In this document: positions 34,317-39,985 of the stretch, piece by piece | How positions within the stretch are numbered: the first letter of the stretch is position 1 | How the letters are laid out: every line of letters starts with the position of its first letter | Source: a virus | Taxonomy: Duplodnaviria > Heunggongvirae > Uroviricota > Caudoviricetes | Length of the DNA: 39,985 nucleotides | Reading direction: 5' to 3' (one strand) | IMG/VR virus record: IMGVR_UViG_2925939204_000007 | Span: 1-39,985 of that record | Program-made: the position numbers and the translations under genes | The notes under the pieces: generated by a model | Database searches by the model: none | Seen by the model: only the letters and a program-made list of their open reading frames with translations | Told to the model about the DNA's origin: nothing

Positions 34317-37151
34317 ATGGAATTTTTCCATCTGATAAAAGCCAGTCAGAAGTCTGGCAAGAAAGATGCAGTGATTTGGTTCACTGCGAAAAGTGTAGCG
34401 CGCGCCAATCTCCAACTCGATGTGGCACTGGAAGAAGCCGGAATTGAAGAAACTGGCCGCGGTAAAGATTATGCCAAACCAATCCGCACCGATTTCCCGG
34501 TATATGACGACCTGCCGGAAGAAGGCGCAGTGGATTACACCTGGTGCAAACGCTACGAACTGCAGAACGATGACCGCACCTGGCTGCCAAAAGTCACAGC
34601 TGAAAACTCTGACGAGAAAACGGCTCAGACCGTTGATAGTCACATAACTACTGAGTCAACGCTGCCAGAAACCGCTGGCATCACGCTGGACGAACACGAC
34701 GACGACTCAACCCTCTACCCGGTAGTGCAGATGCCGTTTCGTAAGCAACTGCTTTCCCAGTTCACCGCCGACGAACTGCGCCACCACGTAACCCGCGAAG
34801 AGTACGAAGCTATCGGCGCGCTGGAGATGGACACTGATAACAGTTACGTCCAGAACTTGCTGTTAGCTGCTGAGAACTGCCCGGAAGTGAAGGGTTACGA
34901 CACCAAAGACCTGTGGCGCTACACCGATGCCATTCGCAAAGTGTTCAGCCAGGACAAGCGTCACGAACTCGCGCTGGTACTCCGTTTCACCAGAATGTGG
35001 GCGGCGACTGATTACATTGACCGTGGCATCCTGGCGCGTGAATGGGCTGCCGGTAATCACATCAGTAGTGTTCAGCGCACTGACGCAGGTACCAATGCCG
35101 ATGGTGGATATGTCACCGACCGCGGCGAAGGTGCGCATCACACGCTGGACACACTGGATCTGGAGATCGCCTGTGCCCTGCTGCCGATGGATTTCAACCA
35201 CCTTGAGATCCCGGGCAGCATTCACCGTCGCGCCAAAGAAATCGTGGCGAAAAAAGAAGAGCCCTGGAAATCATGGAGCGCCCTTCTGCGTAACCAGCCT
35301 GGCGTTCTGTCGGTAAACCGTGCGGCCATTTTCAACCTGGTACGGATCGCACCGGAAAACATTCATCGTACGCCGGCGGCCCATCTGGAGTTCGTTAACC
35401 AGACCATGACCGCTGAGTTTAACGCCGCAACTGAACTGATGCCCCTGCGCGCGTCCGCGGTTCAGACGCAAGTAGAGGTTGAGGAACCAACAGCTCAGCC
35501 GCAGGTCGCGAACCTCGGCGGTGGCATGTTCTCCATCAATGGCCTGTTGAGTGGAAATACTAACCCGGTCATCAATATTCCCTCAAATGAAGCAGAAAAA
35601 CCGGAAACCGTAGTGGAGACCACCAGCGATGTGCAGATGGAAGCGACTCAGCCAGAGAAAGACAAAACTGTTGATACGGTACCACCAGGCGAAAGCGCTG
35701 ATGCAACTGATCCGCAAACAGATACCCTGAACCCGGCTGAGGTGCTCTCCGCCGCGGCGCCGGAGCTGGCGAACGCCACTACGCAGGAATTGACCACCGA
35801 AGCATCAGAGGAGAAAGCGAGCGCGCCGGAAGAGCAACCTTCACAACCGGTCCCGGAATACCCGGCGTACTTCGAACCGGGCCGCTATGAAGGCGTGCCG
35901 AATGACGTTTATCACGCGGCGAACGGGATCAGTTCCACCCAGGTGAAGGATGCCAGGGTCAGCCTGATGTACTTCAACGCGCGCCACGTCGCCAAAACTA
36001 TCCCGCGGGCCCCTTCCAAGGTGCTGGACATGGGTAATCTGGTTCACGCCCTGGCGCTGCAGCCTGAAAACCTTGAGGCAGAGTTCAGCGTGGAGCCGGA
36101 GATCCCGGAAGATGCTTTTACTACCACCGCCACCCTGCGCGAGTTCATCGATTCGCACAACGCCACCCTGCCGGCACTGCTGAGCACTGACGATATCAAA
36201 GCGCTGCTTGAAGAGCACAACGCCACCCTGCCCGCGCAGCTGCCGCTGGGCGCCAGCCTGGAGGAAACGGCCCAGAGCTATATGGCTTTGCCGGCAGAGT
36301 ACCAGCGCATCGAGCCAGACCAGAAGCAGACCGCAGCAGCTATGAAAGCCTGCATCAAAGAGTACAACGCCACCCTGCCCGCGCCGGTTAAAACCAGCGG
36401 CAGCCGCGATGCGCTGCTTGAACAGCTGGCAATCATCAACCCTGACCTGGTGGAGCAGGAAGCCCAGAAGCCGGCACCGCTTAAGGTGTCCGGCAGCAAA
36501 GCGGAAATGATCCAAGCGATTAAGTCGGTTAAACCCGATGCCGTATTCGCCGACGAGCTGCTGGACGCCTGGCGAGAAAATCCGGGCGACAAGATTCTGG
36601 TGACGCGCCAGCAGCTGGTGACCGCCCAGGCCATCCAGTCGGCCCTGCTGGCACACCCGACCGCAGGCATGCTGCTAACCCACCCGAGCCGCGCCGTTGA
36701 GGTGAGCTACTTTGGCTTTGACGAGGAGACGGGACTGGAAGTTCGTGTGCGCCCTGACCTTGAGATCGACCTAGACGGCGTGCGTATCGGTGCTGACCTG
36801 AAAACCATCAGCATGTGGAATGTTAAGCAGGAAAGCCTGCGCGCCAGGCTACACCGGGAAATTATTGAACGTGATTATCACCTGAGCGCGGCTATGTACT
36901 GCGAAACCGCAGCGCTGGATCAGTTCTTCTGGATTTTCGTCAACAAAGACGAGAACTACCACTGGATCGCCATCATCGAGGCATCCGCTGAACTACTGGA
37001 GCTGGGTATGCTCGAGTACCGCAAAGCGATGCGCAATATCGCAACCGGATTCGACACAGGTGAATGGCCAGCGCCAATCACTGCTGACTACACCGACGAA
37101 CTGAACGACTTCGACCTGCGCCGCCTTGAAGCGCTGCGTACTCAGGCATAA
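34317..37151 (+). CDS. RecE-like exonuclease (exonuclease VIII family; C-terminal PD-(D/E)xK-like nuclease domain)
   Basis: 944 aa from ATG 34317 (AAGAGGA RBS); long acidic N-terminal region; C-terminal ...RPDLEIDLDGVRIGADLKTIS...; immediately followed by a RecT/Bet-family gene. Confidence 0.7.
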   Translation: MEFFHLIKASQKSGKKDAVIWFTAKSVARANLQLDVALEEAGIEETGRGKDYAKPIRTDFPVYDDLPEEGAVDYTWCKRYELQNDDRTWLPKVTAENSDEKTAQTVDSHITTESTLPETAGITLDEHDDDSTLYPVVQMPFRKQLLSQFTADELRHHVTREEYEAIGALEMDTDNSYVQNLLLAAENCPEVKGYDTKDLWRYTDAIRKVFSQDKRHELALVLRFTRMWAATDYIDRGILAREWAAGNHISSVQRTDAGTNADGGYVTDRGEGAHHTLDTLDLEIACALLPMDFNHLEIPGSIHRRAKEIVAKKEEPWKSWSALLRNQPGVLSVNRAAIFNLVRIAPENIHRTPAAHLEFVNQTMTAEFNAATELMPLRASAVQTQVEVEEPTAQPQVANLGGGMFSINGLLSGNTNPVINIPSNEAEKPETVVETTSDVQMEATQPEKDKTVDTVPPGESADATDPQTDTLNPAEVLSAAAPELANATTQELTTEASEEKASAPEEQPSQPVPEYPAYFEPGRYEGVPNDVYHAANGISSTQVKDARVSLMYFNARHVAKTIPRAPSKVLDMGNLVHALALQPENLEAEFSVEPEIPEDAFTTTATLREFIDSHNATLPALLSTDDIKALLEEHNATLPAQLPLGASLEETAQSYMALPAEYQRIEPDQKQTAAAMKACIKEYNATLPAPVKTSGSRDALLEQLAIINPDLVEQEAQKPAPLKVSGSKAEMIQAIKSVKPDAVFADELLDAWRENPGDKILVTRQQLVTAQAIQSALLAHPTAGMLLTHPSRAVEVSYFGFDEETGLEVRVRPDLEIDLDGVRIGADLKTISMWNVKQESLRARLHREIIERDYHLSAAMYCETAALDQFFWIFVNKDENYHWIAIIEASAELLELGMLEYRKAMRNIATGFDTGEWPAPITADYTDELNDFDLRRLEALRTQA

Positions 37152-37156
37152 GGGGA

Positions 37157-38275
37157 ATGATGATGGAAAACACGAATATCGTAACCGCTGAACAGCAGAC
37201 TCCAAACACGATCTCAGCCAGCAATGCCATTTTCAACGTGCAGGCTTTAACCCAGCTTCAGTCTGTCGCCGGGTTGATGGCACAGGCAGCCGTAACGGTG
37301 CCTGAGCACCTCCGCGGCAATCCGGCAGACTGCATGGCCATCATCATGCAGGCGATGCAGTGGGGTATGAACCCTTACGCCGTGGCGCAAAAGACGCACC
37401 TGGTTAACGGTGTCCTGGGATACGAAGCGCAACTGGTTAATGCGGTGATCTCCAGCTCAAACGCCATCGTTGGCCGCTTTCACTATGAGTACGAGGGCGA
37501 CTGGTCGAAATGTGCCAGCAGCCGCGAGATAACCGTTAAAAAGCCTGCGAAAGGTGGCGGGACGTACGACAAGAAAGAAATGGTACGCGGTTGGGAAAGT
37601 GCTGATGAACAAGGACTGTCGGTACGGGTAGGTGCCGTTATTCGCGGTGAAAGTGATATCACCTGGGGAGAGCCTGTTTTCCTCTCCAGCGTAATCACAC
37701 GTAATTCTCCACTTTGGGTATCAAACCCGAAACAGCAGATCGCTTATCTGGCACTCAAATACTGGGCGCGCCTGTATTGCCCTGCAGTTGTTCTTGGTGT
37801 GTACACCCCTGATGAGATTGAACAGCGCACAGAAAAAGAGATCAACCCAACGCCGCAACGCGTTAGCCTGGCTGATATCTCAGGTGACACCGTCACAACC
37901 ACGCAAAGCGCACAGGAATCGTCGGTAAATGTCGGCTCTCTTGCCGATGATTTCCGCGAACGCATCGAATCTGCTCAGGACGTGGATAGCGCCAAATCGC
38001 TGCGTGCCGACATTGAAACGGCGAAAGCTACGCTGGGATCCGCACTATTCACCGAGCTGAAAAACAAAGCCGTAAAGCGTTATTACCTAGTGGATGCACG
38101 CAACAAGGTTGAGGAGGCTATTAAATCCCTGCCCCAGCCCGACGAGCCGCATGCAGCCGAACGGTTCGCTGAAGCCGAGCGCATGCTTGCATCTTCAAAG
38201 CGTCACTTAGGCGATGAACTGCACGATCAATTCAGCATCACCCTGGCGGATATGAAACCGGAATACGTGGCCTGA
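37157..38275 (+). CDS. Single-strand annealing protein of the RecT/Red-beta family
   Basis: 372 aa; IIMQAMQWGMNPYAVAQKTHLVNGVLGY resembles the Red-beta/RecT core; 5 nt after the exonuclease stop. Confidence 0.7.
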   Translation: MMMENTNIVTAEQQTPNTISASNAIFNVQALTQLQSVAGLMAQAAVTVPEHLRGNPADCMAIIMQAMQWGMNPYAVAQKTHLVNGVLGYEAQLVNAVISSSNAIVGRFHYEYEGDWSKCASSREITVKKPAKGGGTYDKKEMVRGWESADEQGLSVRVGAVIRGESDITWGEPVFLSSVITRNSPLWVSNPKQQIAYLALKYWARLYCPAVVLGVYTPDEIEQRTEKEINPTPQRVSLADISGDTVTTTQSAQESSVNVGSLADDFRERIESAQDVDSAKSLRADIETAKATLGSALFTELKNKAVKRYYLVDARNKVEEAIKSLPQPDEPHAAERFAEAERMLASSKRHLGDELHDQFSITLADMKPEYVA

Positions 38276-38313
38276 CGAGACCGGGAGGGGTAACCCTCCC
38301 TCAAGGAGATTAT

Positions 38314-38556
38314 ATGCGACTGATCAATCGAGGAAGTAAGCAATCACCTTTAGCTCGCCAAGCATGCGACATCGCGCTGGCAGCTCACTTGCAAACATAT
38401 GGCGACTATGGGCGAAGCAAGATGAAAGAGACTTATACGGTGAAGGTTGAAGGCGTGAAAGTCTGGGTGGAGGTGGTGAACCGAAAGGCGAGCTACGTGG
38501 CCACAGCGATGACCGGCATGCGCCGTCTCCGCTCCCTGCCCGGGCAGGTTGGTTGA
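38314..38556 (+). CDS. Hypothetical protein
   Basis: 80 aa; GGAG RBS 5 nt upstream of ATG. Confidence 0.4.
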   Translation: MRLINRGSKQSPLARQACDIALAAHLQTYGDYGRSKMKETYTVKVEGVKVWVEVVNRKASYVATAMTGMRRLRSLPGQVG

Positions 38557-38597
38557 AAAAGATTTTGAATGGCCCGAACGGGCAACTGGAGAGAGCT

Positions 38598-38795
38598 ATG
38601 GATGATATTTTGGTAACGTCAGACCTGACCAGTCGCTACAAAATTTCACGCAAAACCCTTTGGTCATGGCAAAGTGCAGACACAATGCCTCGGGGCTTCG
38701 TATGCCCGTTCCCACCCCCTGACTGGCCCGGCAACCCTAACCGCTGGCGCTCTGAGTCAATCAAAGAGTGGGAGGATAAAAAGAAGATAAATTAA
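38598..38795 (+). CDS. Excisionase / AlpA-family DNA-binding protein
   Basis: 65 aa from ATG 38598 (GGAGAG RBS); [15 protein letters not shown]...[21 protein letters not shown] fits the AlpA/Xis pattern; adjacent to the integrase. Confidence 0.65.
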
Positions 38796-39985
38796 CTGAA
38801 GGGCTCTCCGATGATCTCTTCAAGATGGCTCTGCCAAACGCGGAGCCAGTGTTTCTGATCATCGATATAGTCATGAAGGTTGTAATGCGCCATAACCCCC
38901 ACCATCTGATGCCCGAGCAGCTTTTCAATTACGTGCGGCGGGCAACCTAACTCAGAGAGATTTGTGGCTATCGTCCGCCTCATATCATGAAGCGACCACT
39001 CTGCCATACCTGTTCCATTCCAAATAGAACGGGCGTAATTGGATGCCACAGGTGAATGAACGGGCGAATCTTTGATCCCGCCATCAATTTTACGTTGTGA
39101 AGTCACCAGGTGATTGGTGTTTATTTTCTTGAGGTGATTTCTGACCAAGTTAACGGCGGCGTCTGAGAGCCCCCTTCTAATATGTACCCGAGTTTTATAA
39201 CTGCCCGCAGGCACGACCCACTCATTATCATCCAATCGAAACCATGATCTCTCACTAAGTCGAATCTCAGCCGTACGGCATCCGGTAAGCATAATAAATT
39301 TCACCAGGAAAACGGACTCTATCGACATATGGCTTTTCAACCACTGATAGATTTTGCGCAGATCGTCATCGTCCATCCTGCGAGTTCTCTTTTTAGGCTT
39401 TTGCCCGACATCAGATGGCAGTAATCCCTCGAGTGGGTTTGAGGCGATCACACTTCTGTTAACGCAGAACCTAAACGCCCGTTTGCACAGCGAAAGCATG
39501 TAATGAGCCATCACCCTGCTTTCTATAGAATCGAAGACGTTGATCCAGTGCATTTTCGCTGTGTTATCGACTTTGACATTCTTCATCGGTTCGGCGATAT
39601 GTTTCTCAAACACCTGGCGATAGTAATCGACTTTAACTAGCCCGTTAGCGATACAGTGCCTTTCAATCCAGTAATTGAACGCTTCGGCAACGGACATCGC
39701 TTCCTGTCGGGTCTGCTTATCCAGCTTCACCTGCTCTCGCGGATCCAGTCCCTCAGTTAACCAGTTTCTGAATTGTTGGCGACGCTCTCTTGCCTGGGTG
39801 ATACTCATTGCAGGATAATCACCAACATTGAGTTTTACCGCTTTACCGGCCCAGCGATACCGATAGAAAAATGATATTTTTCCGGCCTGGCTGATTCTGG
39901 CGTTGAGCCCGTGCGAATCAGAAATAATCTCGATATCATCTCTTTTCTTGCCGAGCGCCTTCCTGAGCTTTGTGTCGGTGATCAT
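38792..39985 (-). CDS. Tyrosine integrase (phage integrase family)
   Basis: 397 aa; C-terminal catalytic region with R...HDMRRT...LLGH...Y; ATG exactly at the window edge, so the true N-terminus may lie beyond 39985. Confidence 0.9.

Noticed and set aside
35841-36656. 271-aa and 130-aa - strand ORFs inside the RecE-like gene
   Set aside because: Antisense shadow ORFs; low-complexity Gln/Arg/Gly-rich translations; the + strand gene has coherent domain structure and a RecT partner.
1-39985. CRISPR arrays, tRNA/rRNA genes, IS elements or transposases
   Set aside because: No regularly spaced short direct repeats, no tRNA-like structures and no transposase-like ORFs were seen; the only mobile-DNA enzymes are the invertase and the integrase.

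Overview
The window is essentially one temperate prophage (about 40 kb) of an enterobacterial host, running from a Hin/Gin/Pin-family DNA invertase at the left edge to a tyrosine integrase at the right edge; the att sites lie outside the window. Gene order, left to right: invertible tail-fibre segment, baseplate and contractile-tail genes (Mu/SfV-like: hub, spike, J-like, tape measure with SLT domain, chaperone with -1 frameshift, tube, sheath), neck and head genes, portal, terminase, a lysis cassette (two holin-like proteins, GH19 endolysin, overlapping Rz/Rz1 spanins), antiterminator Q, nin-like genes (RusA, DUF1364, DUF1367), a LexA-box-controlled DinI-like gene, lambda-like O/P replication genes with ori iterons inside O, a divergent Cro-like/repressor switch, then rightward early genes (RecE-like exonuclease, RecT/Bet annealing protein, excisionase). 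No CRISPR array, tRNA, rRNA or IS element was seen. The most interesting unexplained content is accessory cargo at three classic moron positions: (1) an AT-rich two-gene cassette co-transcribed with the repressor, in the position lambda uses for rexAB, (2) an AT-rich lipoprotein gene translationally coupled into the baseplate operon, and (3) a membrane-protein gene flanked by terminators between Q and the lysis cassette. All calls rest on reading the translations and DNA motifs by eye; no database search was possible, so family names are recollections of conserved motifs and should be confirmed.
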